Source of the DNA: an uncultured candidate division Zixibacteria bacterium
Lineage (GTDB): Bacteria; Zixibacteria; MSB-5A5; GN15; FEB-12
DNA length: 64,000 nt
Assembly (NCBI GenBank): GCA_963806185.1
Contig: CAWDXE010000001.1
Coordinates: 1,035,734 to 1,099,733 of the forward strand
Direction: 5' to 3'
A program made the position numbers and the translations under genes. Under the pieces are notes generated by a model. The model had not been told where the DNA came from. It saw nothing but the letters and a program-made list of their open reading frames with translations, and did not search any database. How positions within the stretch are numbered: the stretch's first letter is position 1; the number at the start of each line of letters is the position of its first letter. Of this stretch, positions 38,321-48,648 are shown piece after piece.

Positions 38321-39770
38321 ATGTTCGCCAGGACGGCGATCATCTTTCTTGCACTCATCAGCAGTTCATCACTCACCGCGCAGGTTATCCCGGCCGGCCA
38401 TCGTGAATACGATCTGCTCTACGACCAGGTTGAAGCGAACCGATGCCCTGTCAGTCGGACGGTTCGATCGCCAACTGGGACCGTACTCATTTGCCGATCT
38501 GCGCGTTTCTCCCGGTCCCTTTGCTTATCTCCAATCAAACGACGACCGCTACCTGACCCTCTTTGGTTTCGGCCGCGAGCAATTTGACGCCCGCCGAGCC
38601 ACTCGCGCGACCGCCTTCGAGTCGATCCGTGGCGGACTGGTCGGCGCGCCGCTGAAAAACGTCTACATCTACGGTCAGTTTGTACTCGATGAACAGAAGG
38701 CCGACGATCCCGCTTACACCGGTAAGAAATGGCGCGGTCTGGCCGGCGATGTTGAGGACGCTTTTGCCGTCTACGCCACCAATCGGCTGAACATCACCGT
38801 TGGACGCTTTGGCAGTTTCTGGGGAATGCGCGAGTCGCTGATCCTCGGCGCCGAACAGAAGCTTGACGGTCTGGCCTATAGCATCCGGTGGGGAAGACTC
38901 CGCCTGTCGTATCGATTGGCCCGACTCAATCCGTTGCACGTGTTGACAGATAGCGTGAGCATCACCGAGAACAGATACTTCGCCGGACATCGCCTCGATA
39001 TCCATCTCTCCGATGACTTGCGCGTTGGAGCGTTCGAGACCATCATCTTCGGTGGTGAAGGCCGACAGATTGAATTCGCTTACCTCAATCCTCTGCTGTT
39101 TTATCACGGCACCCAACTCAATGATTCAACCAATGACAATGCCCTCATCGGTATCGACTTCGATTGGAAACCACTCCATCGCATGAATCTCTTTGGCCAG
39201 CTGGTGGTGGATGATTGGCAGATCGACAACCAATCACAGGGTGATCAGGAGCCAAACGAATTCGGCCTGCTGGTCGGCGGCTTTCTCGCCGACCTTCTGC
39301 CCGAGACCGACGCGAAATTGACATATATCCGCGTGACAAACCGCACCTACAATCAGATACTCCCACGAAACCGCTATATTAATGATGGCGGCCTGCTGAG
39401 CAGCCCACAGGGCAACGACTTCGACAACGCCCGGCTCGAGATTCGGCACTGGCTCAGCCCCCTTCGCTACCTGCGCACCAGACTCTCATTTCTGCGTCAA
39501 GGTGAAGGAAGCGTTGACGATCCCTGGACTCAGCCCTGGCTCGACATCACCGGCCCATATCACGAACCGTTCCCCACGGGTGTAGTGGAAACGTCCACGA
39601 ACATCTCACTCGGTGGAAAGGGAGTCGCTTTCGATCATCTCTACTTCGATATCGATGCCGGCCTGTCGCACATCAAAAACGACGGTCACGTCGCCGGCGC
39701 CAACCGCACCAGCCTGTTTGCCAGTATCTGCCTGTCGGTCTTTGGCTTTACGTCGATTCCAGTGGATTGA
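38321..39770 (+). CDS. Capsule assembly Wzi-family outer-membrane protein (frameshift near 38425)
   Basis: Signal peptide MFARTAIIFLAL in one frame joins the long ORF containing RYFAGHRL, FETIIFGG, YLNP, DNALIG, GQLVVDD. Confidence 0.72.
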
Positions 39771-39852
39771 TCCGATACTCCACCAAAACCTTTTCTCGAT
39801 TTTGCGGTTCCAATATGATACGTTGTCCGCCGCAAAGTGAAATGGGAGACTC

Positions 39853-41910
39853 ATGATCGAATCGACTCAGGACCGCCGGCCCAATCGACTGATTGGCGAA
39901 ACCAGTCCCTACCTTCTTCAACACGCCTACAATCCGGTGGCCTGGTTCCCCTGGGGTGACGAAGCGCTCACCAAAGCGCGCGCCGAGGACAAGCCGATTT
40001 TCCTCTCCATCGGGTATGCCGCCTGCCACTGGTGCCATGTCATGGAACACGAATCGTTTGAAAGCGCGCAGATCGCTGAATTTCTGAACGAGCACTACGT
40101 CAGTATCAAGGTCGATCGCGAACAACGGCCCGATCTCGACCACATATATATGACCTTCACGCAGGCGATGGTCGGACAGGGGGGATGGCCGATGTCTGTC
40201 TTTCTCACTCCCGATCTGAAACCGTTTTTCGCCGGGACCTATTTTCCACCTGACGACCGCCATGGTCGGCCCGGCTTCATGCGCGTAATAACCGAGATCA
40301 TTGCCGCCTACAAAGAGAATCGCGATGAGGTTGTTAAGTCTGCGGATGACATTTTCGAACAAATCGAACAGATCCTCCAGGCCGACCACGGTCAGGCCAT
40401 GCTTCTCCCCGCGCTGTACAACAACAGTGTTCAGGAGTTGATGAAGGCGTTTGATCATCAGCACGGCGGTTTTGGCTCGGCGCCGAAATTTCCCCATGCG
40501 CTCGAACTGTCCCTGTTCCTGCGCCATTACGCCAAATCCGGCGACCTTACTTATCTACAGGCAGCTGAAAAGGCCCTTCTGGCTATGGCGCGCGGCGGAA
40601 TCCACGATCAGCTCGGCGGCGGCTTCGCTCGCTATTCGACCGACGCCCAGTGGCTGGTCCCCCACTTCGAGAAGATGCTCTATGACAACGCGCTTCTCGT
40701 CCCGACCTACGCGGAGGCGTATCAAGTGACCGGCAATCAGGTCTATCTCGATATCGTGCGCAGCACGCTCGATTTCATTCTTCGCGAAATGAGCGACCCG
40801 GCCGGCGGATTCTATTCCAGTCTCGACGCAGACAGCGAAGGGCACGAGGGGAAATTCTACGTCTGGCCCAAAGACGAAATCGAACGAACGTTGGGTGCCG
40901 AGGCTCAAAGAGCGACTGAATACTTCAATGTGACGAGCGTGGGCAATTTCGAAGGCGTGAACATACTTCATCTTTCACCGGCATCGGACCGCATTCAAGC
41001 CGAACTTGGCGATACGTTCCCCGGTTGGCTGCAATCGATCAAAGCAAAGTTGTTTGATGCTCGCAGCAGGCGCGTGCGCCCGTCAACTGATGACAAGATT
41101 CTGACGTCGTGGAACGGCCTCGCCCTGACCGCCTTCTGCCGAGGGTACCAGGTGACGGGTGACCCGCAGTATCTGATAGCCGCGCGTCGCAACGCCCGCT
41201 TTGTCATGCAGCACCTGTCGCAGAACGGCGGATTGCTGACTCACTCCTACCGCGACGGCAAGCACTCCGATGGCCGCTTCCTCGAGGATTACGCCTACTA
41301 CCTGCGCGGTCTTCTCGATCTGTACGAATCGGATACTTCGGCCGAAAGCGAGGACTGGCTCCGTTTCGCTCGCACGCTGGCCGATCACGCGCTCGATCTC
41401 TTTCAGGATCCCCAGACCGGAACCCTCTTTCTTCGCGAGGCCAACCAGCCCGACCTGATTGTGCGGCCGAAAGACGAAACCGATACCGCCCTGCCTGCGC
41501 CAGGATCACTGCTGATCGGCTCGCTCCTGCGTCTCGAACGACTGACCGGGAATCTTCACTACGGTAAAGCGGCCGAACTCGGCTTGCGCGCCGTCTCCGG
41601 CCACATCGAGCGGTACCCCACCGCGATGGCCTCGGCTCTCATCGCGCTCGAATACTACATTGCCGACCGAATCGAAATTGTCATCGTCGGCTCCGGTGAC
41701 CTACGCGATCAGATGTTAGAAACAATCTATCGTAAGTTCCTCCCTAATCGAGTCCTTGCGATGAGCGCGACTGGGCAGGACGGCTTGCCGCTTTTTGAGG
41801 GACGGTCAGCCGATCCGGGGCAGGTGCGCGCTTTCGTTTGCCGCAACTCAGTCTGCCGCCTGCCGGTGACGACTGTCGACGCCCTTCAGACCGAGCTTGC
41901 GAAACTGTAA
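39853..41910 (+). CDS. YyaL/SPATA20-like thioredoxin + alpha/alpha-barrel protein (DUF255)
   Basis: [52 protein letters not shown]. Confidence 0.93.
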   Translation: MIESTQDRRPNRLIGETSPYLLQHAYNPVAWFPWGDEALTKARAEDKPIFLSIGYAACHWCHVMEHESFESAQIAEFLNEHYVSIKVDREQRPDLDHIYMTFTQAMVGQGGWPMSVFLTPDLKPFFAGTYFPPDDRHGRPGFMRVITEIIAAYKENRDEVVKSADDIFEQIEQILQADHGQAMLLPALYNNSVQELMKAFDHQHGGFGSAPKFPHALELSLFLRHYAKSGDLTYLQAAEKALLAMARGGIHDQLGGGFARYSTDAQWLVPHFEKMLYDNALLVPTYAEAYQVTGNQVYLDIVRSTLDFILREMSDPAGGFYSSLDADSEGHEGKFYVWPKDEIERTLGAEAQRATEYFNVTSVGNFEGVNILHLSPASDRIQAELGDTFPGWLQSIKAKLFDARSRRVRPSTDDKILTSWNGLALTAFCRGYQVTGDPQYLIAARRNARFVMQHLSQNGGLLTHSYRDGKHSDGRFLEDYAYYLRGLLDLYESDTSAESEDWLRFARTLADHALDLFQDPQTGTLFLREANQPDLIVRPKDETDTALPAPGSLLIGSLLRLERLTGNLHYGKAAELGLRAVSGHIERYPTAMASALIALEYYIADRIEIVIVGSGDLRDQMLETIYRKFLPNRVLAMSATGQDGLPLFEGRSADPGQVRAFVCRNSVCRLPVTTVDALQTELAKL

Positions 41911-42024
41911 GCTGTTATTCGATGTCTACTTATCGGATACACTTTTTCACTTTCTTCTCCTGGGGCAATTTCCTACCTTGGGCGCGATTGGTATAAAGAA
42001 TGGCCCCTCGGCGGGCCGATAAGG

Positions 42025-42837
42025 ATGAGTAGAGTGTCTCACGGATACGACGACAAATCCATAGCCGAGTTAGCCCTGGAATCCTCACCTATGACTGAAA
42101 CGACGGTAACATCGCCTCTCGGTTCAATCAGCGCGCCGGTCGCCGCCGCGGCGTCGCGTGCCCGTCTTGTTTTGGTCGGGTCGCGCGAGTCCGTCGGAGA
42201 AGAACGGGTGGTGCCGTTTGCCCTGCCGGATCACAACCGGCTGGCGCTGGTGGTGAAGCGAGGCATTGATATTTTGGGTGCGTCACTCTTCCTGATCGTG
42301 TCGTCGCCGATCATCGGCCTGCTCGGCCTGCTCATCAAGATGGAAAGCCACGGCCCGATCTTCTTCCGCCAGATTCGTCTGGGCGTGAACGGTAAGCCGT
42401 TTTACATGTTCAAGCTGCGGACGATGGTTTCCGATGCTGAACGTCGCAAGAAGGATCTACTTGCGCACAACGAACAGGATGGCCCCGCCTTTAAGATTCG
42501 CAAGGATCCGCGTATTACCACGCTTGGGCGGTTGCTGCGCAAGTTTTCGCTCGATGAACTCCCGCAGTTTGTGAACGTGTTGATGGGCGACATGTCGCTC
42601 GTGGGACCAAGGCCGCCGTTGCCGAAGGAAGTCATGCGGTACGAGACATGGCAGAAGCGCCGCTTGTCGGTGAAGCCGGGCGTGACCTGTGTATGGCAGG
42701 TTGACGGTCGCAATCAGGTCAGTTTTGACGATTGGGTGAAGCTTGATCTCTGGTATATCGACCACTGGTCGCTATGGTTGGATATTAAGTTGATTGCCAG
42801 AACGCTTCCGGCCGTTCTCCGCGGCTCCGGGCTGTAG
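42025..42837 (+). CDS. Short sugar transferase (second priming phosphoglycosyltransferase)
   Basis: KRGIDI, FKLRTM, DPRIT..LRKFSLDELPQF, GDMSLVGPRP; alternative start 42091. Confidence 0.9.
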   Translation: MSRVSHGYDDKSIAELALESSPMTETTVTSPLGSISAPVAAAASRARLVLVGSRESVGEERVVPFALPDHNRLALVVKRGIDILGASLFLIVSSPIIGLLGLLIKMESHGPIFFRQIRLGVNGKPFYMFKLRTMVSDAERRKKDLLAHNEQDGPAFKIRKDPRITTLGRLLRKFSLDELPQFVNVLMGDMSLVGPRPPLPKEVMRYETWQKRRLSVKPGVTCVWQVDGRNQVSFDDWVKLDLWYIDHWSLWLDIKLIARTLPAVLRGSGL

Positions 42838-42879
42838 ACTGTTAGCAAGAATCGGCTCACAACGATCTTCCGTCACAAA

Positions 42880-44370
42880 TGTCACGCCTGCCTTGAGCGG
42901 GTGCCCAACACTTCGTTGCCAAACAGATTTCTCTTTTTTGTCATCCTGAACTCACGGGATTTGTCATCCTGAACCTTTTCCCAAAGGTTCAGGATCTCGA
43001 TGTCCACCGCACTACCGTTCGCGTCATTGCGAGGCGCGCATCGCGCCGTGGCAATCTCTCAGTTCTCTTCTCCCGTCCCTCACCCCAGCCCTCTCCCATT
43101 GGGAGAGGGAGCAAGAGGGTGCTCTGGTAGGTCAGGCTTCTTTGACCAATTGATCAAGAAGCCTGACAGCAGGTGCTGATATACCATAGATTAATTGGAA
43201 ATTGCCTCGCCGGGCAGCATCGATGCCCGCCGCAGGCGAGCGGATGCTGCCCGGGTGGTCCGTAAATCCCCAACAATGGCAGCACCCGCTCGAAGACTCG
43301 CATCGGTGCTGCCCTACTTGGCCCCGCACTTCGACAAACCTTCCACAACCGCCCCTTTCCGGCAACTATTTTCAATTGCCCGAAAGTTTTTGCATTTCCA
43401 CTGACAGGTTCTGGCAGTGGCAGGAATTAGTTTACCGCTAGGCAGACAGCCGCGCGGGGCGAGGGGGCCGGGGGAGGTCGCACTGGCAAGGTCGAACGCA
43501 ACGAGAGAAAGCTCCGTTGCCTGGGTGTACCGCTACTATCGTGCCTTTGGGCATCTGGGCAACACATGTGCCGCCGAGCGCCGCTGCTCGGCGGCGCACT
43601 TTTTATATGCCGTACCCCGGCATTTGTGCCGGGGCAGCTTTTGGGAATCGCCCCTCGTCGAGGTTTATCCTGAGCGACCCCGAAGGGCTCGGGACGGCAT
43701 TGGAACTGTCCTCCCATCCATGCCCTCCCGTCATGTCACCCCCGCCTTGAGCGGGGGCCCACCCATCCAGCAATGCGATCATCCTGTATTCGTGGGTACA
43801 AAGTGTATGTCAAGATTCTCAAAATGTATGTCGAACCTCACACGTTGAGGCCAACACGAAATGCGTTGCTACTGACCGTTTGAAAAACAACGGAGTACGA
43901 ACGCGCGGGACTCTACAGTGAAATGCGAGCAAGTGAGTAGAGTTTGTCTTTGCTCGACGAGTGTGGGTTACGGCGGGTCCATGGGGGCAGTTTGCGAAGA
44001 TACCCCACCGCGCAGGCGGTGGGGTACGGATGCTGAGATTGGAGCGGGTTTAAACAGTAGTGCCTATATATAGGGCCCCGATCCGCATTCTGTAGCGATT
44101 TGGTAGTGCAATGGATTGCGAGGGCATGGTGAGATCGTGCGTGATCATGACGCACATCGACGTCGCTCAGTGTGACGGTTCGCACTTACGACAGATTTTG
44201 CTGTCAGGTCGAAACCGCCGCGGTTTAAACCTACAAGAAGAGAACTGAAAGATCGCCACGGCCCGAAGCGGGCCTCGCGATGACATTTGTTGGGTGCGGG
44301 CCTCGCGATGGCGTGATTGTGAAGGCGGTGGACACTGAGATCCTGAATCATCGGAATGATTCAGGATGAC
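42880..44370. repeat. Intergenic array of heterogeneous REP-like palindromes, partly mirror-symmetric
   Basis: GTCATCCTGAA..TTCAGGATCTC, GTCATTGCGAGG..CCGTGGCAATC, CCCTCACCCC..GGGAGAGGG, GTAGGTCAGG..CCTGAC and CGTACCCC..GGGG units, with inverted counterparts in the right half. Confidence 0.8.
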
Positions 44371-44449
44371 GAGGGAAGGAAGCTCCGGCGCACCACCCCC
44401 CCATCTTTATCTTGCCCGCCGTTCCCCCGCGCGTGTATAAATCTCCCGT

Positions 44450-45604
44450 ATGAGTACCTCCCGTCTGCTCACCTGGATTGAACTGTCGCGCGCCGCACTC
44501 GACGCCAACATCAAGTCGCTCGCCAAACTCGCCCGCGGCCGCGTCATGGCCCCGTCAGTCAAAGCCAACGCCTACGGCCACGGCCTTCCCGAAATTGTCA
44601 GCCTGCTGGGGTCGCGCAAAGATGTCGGCTATCTGTCGGTCCACTCGCTCGACGAGGCCATCATCTGCCGCGCCAACGGCTGGCAAGGGAAGCTGATGAT
44701 CCTCGGGCCGGTGCACCCCACTATGGCCGCCGAGATTGTCGCGTTTGACCTCGAACCGGTGGTCAGCTCGCTTGATATTCTCACCGCACTCGGCAAAGCG
44801 GGTGACAAGGCCGGCCGACCGGTCCGCTCCCATCTCAAACTGGAAACCGGCACCAACCGTCAGGGGATCACCGCCAAGGACCTCCCCAAATTCGCCAAGG
44901 CGTACAAGCAATACAAAGCGCTGGGCAAACCGTACGGCGCCTCTACCCATTTCGCCAATATCGAGGACACGACGTCGCACGAATACGCCCAGTCGCAACT
45001 CGACACGTTTACCACCCTGGTCGCACAGATGAGCAAGCTGGGAATCAAGCCGAAAGTCCTGCACACGGCGTCCTCGGCCGCCCTCATCCTGTTCGAAAAA
45101 ACCCGCTTCGACCTGGTCCGGCCCGGCATCTCGTTCTACGGCCACTGGCCCTCGAAAGAGACTTATCTGTCGTACCGGCTCGAGGGGGGCACCAACGGTA
45201 TCCTGCATCCGGTGTTGACCTGGAAGACGCGCATCACACAGCTCAAGGACCTCCCCGCCGATTCATTCATCGGGTATGGCTGCACCTATCGCACGACCGC
45301 CCGGTCGAAAATCGCCGTACTGCCGATCGGGTACTACGACGGGTACGTGCGCGCCCTCTCCAACACTGCCTATGTGCTGGTGCGCGGGCAACGTGCCCCG
45401 GTGCGGGGTCGCATTTGCATGAATCTGATGATGATCGACGTCACCGATATCAAGGGAGTGCGGCATTTTGACGAGGTAACGCTGATTGGTCGCGACCATC
45501 GCGAGACTCTATCCGCCGAGCAATTGGCAGCCTGGGCGGGGACGATCAACTACGAGATTCTGGCCAGGCTGAATCCGGCGCTTCCGCGAGTCATTGTCGG
45601 GTAA
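44450..45604 (+). CDS. alr: Alanine racemase
   Basis: VKANAYGHG, HLKLETGTNRQG, THFA, VRPGI, IGYG, IGYYDG, GRICM, TINYE. Confidence 0.95.
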   Translation: MSTSRLLTWIELSRAALDANIKSLAKLARGRVMAPSVKANAYGHGLPEIVSLLGSRKDVGYLSVHSLDEAIICRANGWQGKLMILGPVHPTMAAEIVAFDLEPVVSSLDILTALGKAGDKAGRPVRSHLKLETGTNRQGITAKDLPKFAKAYKQYKALGKPYGASTHFANIEDTTSHEYAQSQLDTFTTLVAQMSKLGIKPKVLHTASSAALILFEKTRFDLVRPGISFYGHWPSKETYLSYRLEGGTNGILHPVLTWKTRITQLKDLPADSFIGYGCTYRTTARSKIAVLPIGYYDGYVRALSNTAYVLVRGQRAPVRGRICMNLMMIDVTDIKGVRHFDEVTLIGRDHRETLSAEQLAAWAGTINYEILARLNPALPRVIVG

Positions 45605-45677
45605 GCACTTACAAGACTATAAAGACCGCATTTTTTTCTTGGAATCAGGATGAAATCTCCACTTATTCTGCCGATTA

Positions 45678-45742
45678 TTGTTACAAAATTCACTTGACAG
45701 TTGGTCTCGTGAGGAATACTATTATTGTGAACGTTTTCACAT
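45678..45742 (+). promoter_or_regulatory. rex promoter flanked by two Rex operators
   Basis: TTGACA(45694)-N17-TACTAT(45717); TTGTGAACGTTTTCACAT at 45725-45742 and degenerate TTGTTACAAAATTCACTT at 45678-45695. Confidence 0.8.
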
Positions 45743-45789
45743 ATTTCGGTAATGCATTCGGCCATATAAAGTTTGGGGCATATTGACCA

Positions 45790-46464
45790 ATGATACCCGG
45801 AACGCCTATATCCAAGAAGCGAATCTCTGAATCGACGATTCATAGACTCTCCCTCTACTATCGAGCGCTTTCTTTGCTCGAAAAAGAGAACATTGAGACT
45901 GTTTCGTCAAAGGAATTGGCGCGACGGGAAAAGCTCACACCCGCTCAGGTTCGCAAGGATCTCTCCTTCTTTGGTTCCTTCGGGACGCGCGGTCTTGGGT
46001 ATCCGGTCAAAGAACTGAAATCGCAGATCGCCACCATTTTGGGTATCGATCGTTCCTGGCGTGTGGCGCTGGTAGGGATTGGGAATATCGGTTCGGCGCT
46101 CGTCTCGTACAAGGAGTTCACCCGACAAGGCTTCAACATCGTCAAGCTGTTCGACAACGATCAGCGCAAGATCGGCTCCAATCATAAGGGACTGATTGTC
46201 AGCGACATCAGAAATCTCGAGAGCGAACTGAAAGAAGCCAAGATCGAGATGGTGGTGGTGGCTGTTCCGGCCACGGTGGCGCAGTACATTGTCGACGACG
46301 TCATTCGCGCCGGTATCAAGGCGATTCTGAATTTTGCGCCAGTGAATTTGAAAGTGCCTGACGACGTTTATCTGCGGCACGAGAACATGTCAATGGAGCT
46401 GGAATATCTCTCCTTCGCCGTCGTGAATCAGCATACGCAGAAACGGGCGCGAGCACTGGCGTAA
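45790..46464 (+). CDS. rex: Redox-sensing transcriptional repressor Rex
   Basis: RLSLYYR, QVRKDLSFFGSFGTRGLGY, VGIGNIG, ILNFAP. Confidence 0.96.
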   Translation: MIPGTPISKKRISESTIHRLSLYYRALSLLEKENIETVSSKELARREKLTPAQVRKDLSFFGSFGTRGLGYPVKELKSQIATILGIDRSWRVALVGIGNIGSALVSYKEFTRQGFNIVKLFDNDQRKIGSNHKGLIVSDIRNLESELKEAKIEMVVVAVPATVAQYIVDDVIRAGIKAILNFAPVNLKVPDDVYLRHENMSMELEYLSFAVVNQHTQKRARALA

Positions 46465-46491
46465 GGCGTTTTCTGTATGCATATTCAGTTT

Positions 46492-46518
46492 TGGCGGGCC
46501 CGGCCCGCCATTTTTATT
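46492..46518 (+). terminator. Intrinsic terminator after rex
   Basis: TGGCGGGCC-C-GGCCCGCCA then TTTTTATT. Confidence 0.65.
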
Positions 46519-46610
46519 GCCCGAGAGGTCCCGCTGCTCTATTTTCCCACAGGTACTGATCGAAATACAGTGGATCACCGGCGCATTTGGCCGACAATGG
46601 TATAACGAAT

Positions 46611-47630
46611 ATGTTGCGCATCTTTACCCTTTCTTTTTTGCTCCTGGCGTTGTCCGCTTTCGGGCAGCAGCCCAGTGACTCAATCCCGCTTTACCGCCAG
46701 AAAGGCGGGCACGCCCTGCTCGAAAAGGACTGGGCGAAAGCCCGTACAAATTACGAGGCGGTGATTCGTCTTGATTCCAACAATTTTGAAGCACTCCGCA
46801 ATCTGGGTGTGATTTTCACGGCTACCGGCGATCAAAAGAAAGCCAAGCCGTGCTTTGACCGAGCCTATGCTATCAACCCCGACGATGCCGATCTCTGCAA
46901 TAATCTCGGCGTCATTGCCAGCAACGAAGGTCGTTCCGCCGACGCGATAAAGTTCTTTGAACATGCCGTGCTGGGTGAGGACTCCAATGTCATCTATCTC
47001 ACCAGCCTGGGGAACGAATATGCCAAGATCGGCCGGGTACTCAAAGCGCTCCCCTATCTGCGGAGAGCTGACTCGCTAAAACCCAATCAGCCGATCGTGT
47101 ACTTCTCACTCGGCAACTGCTTTGCCTCCAACAAGCAGTACGATTCCGCCGAAGTTTACTATGAGAAATCGGCGACGGCGGGGGGCAAGGATGCAGAGTT
47201 GTTCTACTTCACCGGCGTGGTGGAACGGAATCTGAAGAAATTCGATGAGGCCGAGGCTAGCTACAAGAAGGCGATCGAGATCGATCCGAAATACAAAGAC
47301 GCTCTGCAAGCGCTGGGGCTTTTGTATGCCCAGCAGTCGAAGTACACGGCGGCGGCCACGCAATTTGAAAAAGTCACCAAGCTCGATTCCAAATACTACC
47401 CGGCCTGGATTGGCCTTGGCGTCACGTCATACATGACCCGTCAGTTTGCCAGGTCGGACACTATACTCTGGAATCTCTTTCACACCGATTCGACTTTGGG
47501 GAAGCAGATGCAGGATCTGCTCCAGCGCGAGATTGCCCGGTATCGCGCGGCCAACGGTGACACGACCACGCCGGTGCCGGCGCAGCCGGCCAAACCGGTG
47601 GAGCTCCCAGCGGGCGACGACAAACACTAA
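46611..47630 (+). CDS. Secreted tetratricopeptide-repeat protein
   Basis: Signal peptide; repeated NLGVI..A..Y..A..xDP TPR units. Confidence 0.88.
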   Translation: MLRIFTLSFLLLALSAFGQQPSDSIPLYRQKGGHALLEKDWAKARTNYEAVIRLDSNNFEALRNLGVIFTATGDQKKAKPCFDRAYAINPDDADLCNNLGVIASNEGRSADAIKFFEHAVLGEDSNVIYLTSLGNEYAKIGRVLKALPYLRRADSLKPNQPIVYFSLGNCFASNKQYDSAEVYYEKSATAGGKDAELFYFTGVVERNLKKFDEAEASYKKAIEIDPKYKDALQALGLLYAQQSKYTAAATQFEKVTKLDSKYYPAWIGLGVTSYMTRQFARSDTILWNLFHTDSTLGKQMQDLLQREIARYRAANGDTTTPVPAQPAKPVELPAGDDKH

Positions 47631-47658
47631 TATTATTTAGAAGCATCCCTTCTCTCGG

Positions 47659-48116
47659 CCTCACCCCAACTCTCTCCCAGAGGGAGGGGGAGTAAGAGGG
47701 GCAGCTGTTATGGTCATGTAGGGCAAACCCCATTTTCCATTTATCAAGGGGTTTGCCATCTTCCTCTTTGAACCCCCTATCGGCCCTCACCCCCGCCCTT
47801 TCCCAGAGGGAGAGGGAGTAAGAGTGCTGCGCCAGTGATATGCGGATGCCGATAGAATTCGCCTATGAAGTCATCGCGAGGCGCGTTGCGCGCCGTGGCG
47901 ATCTTTCAGGTTCATCCACCGATGTCTCCTGGGCTGCCGACAGCGCACCAATAGAACGGAGTCGCGAAGCGTCACCCTGAGCGCGAGTCGAAGGGTGGCG
48001 AAGGGACTCTTGTAGGGCAAAACTCATTTCCCATTTATCAAGAGATTTGCCAACTTCTCCGCTCGATATCACACTTGGCGGACCCCCTGACAAATTGAAA
48101 ACGGGGTCCGCCCTAC
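47659..48116. repeat. Second cluster of REP-like palindromes
   Basis: CCTCACCCC..GGGAG at 47659 and 47784; GTAG hairpins at 47718, 48012 and 48116(-); GTCATCGCGAGG..GTGGCGATC at 47870; GTCACCCTGAGCG..TCGAAGGG at 47971. Confidence 0.8.
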
Positions 48117-48128
48117 TTGTATTTGTGC

Positions 48129-48566
48129 TCACCCTCTCCCCTCCGCTCTCGCCTTCAGCGCCTGATTCATCATTTCAAACCCGCGCCGCGTATTGTCGTT
48201 CAACATCCTCTTCATGAACGGCACGAGCAGGCCGCGAAAGTTTTCGCCATGCAGAAATCGCACCATGCCCGGGTCGGTCGGCTCGATGATGAAGTAATGT
48301 TCCCCGCTGAACAGACCGGGGATCGGCAGTCGTCCGACCCAACGCAGTTCGCGCGGCTTGTCGACCACGAGAAGTTCCGGAGACATGGTCATCGTTCTGG
48401 TATCGGGGGGCGCGATGCTGATGATCAGCTTCTCCCCTACTTTCGGCAGACCGCGAACTGATGTCAGCATCGGATTCCATTCGGCGTGCCGGGGGAAATC
48501 AATGAGCATCTCCCACACCCGTTCGGGTGTGGCGGAGATATCGATGAATGTGGTTAGGGTGAGCAT
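48129..48566 (-). CDS. SRPBCC (polyketide cyclase/START-like) domain protein
   Basis: IDISATPERVWEMLIDF..WNP, ELRWVG, GEHYF, GFEMMNQALKARAE. Confidence 0.88.
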   Translation of the reverse strand: MLTLTTFIDISATPERVWEMLIDFPRHAEWNPMLTSVRGLPKVGEKLIISIAPPDTRTMTMSPELLVVDKPRELRWVGRLPIPGLFSGEHYFIIEPTDPGMVRFLHGENFRGLLVPFMKRMLNDNTRRGFEMMNQALKARAEGRG

Positions 48567-48648
48567 GGGGGGAAGATATCGGACACGTGGTGATCGGACA
48601 ATGGTCTTTTGTATTGTTAATTGTGCGTTGATTCGCAAATATGCTGCG

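Noticed and set aside
41994..42022. Sigma28-like promoter before the short sugar transferase
   Set aside because: Spacer is 17 nt rather than 15-16; not listed as a feature, only mentioned as weak
43132..44351. Short ORFs in the 1.6-kb intergenic region as transposase or nuclease genes
   Set aside because: No HUH, DDE, GIY-YIG or other motifs seen; ORFs run across palindromic repeats
45651..45677. TGAA-N15-GCCGATTA upstream of rex
   Set aside because: Both boxes deviate, and a much better sigma70 promoter lies just downstream
48358..48648. N-terminal extension of the DpnI-like ORF
   Set aside because: Overlaps the SRPBCC gene antisense; family similarity starts at MDLTL (48649)
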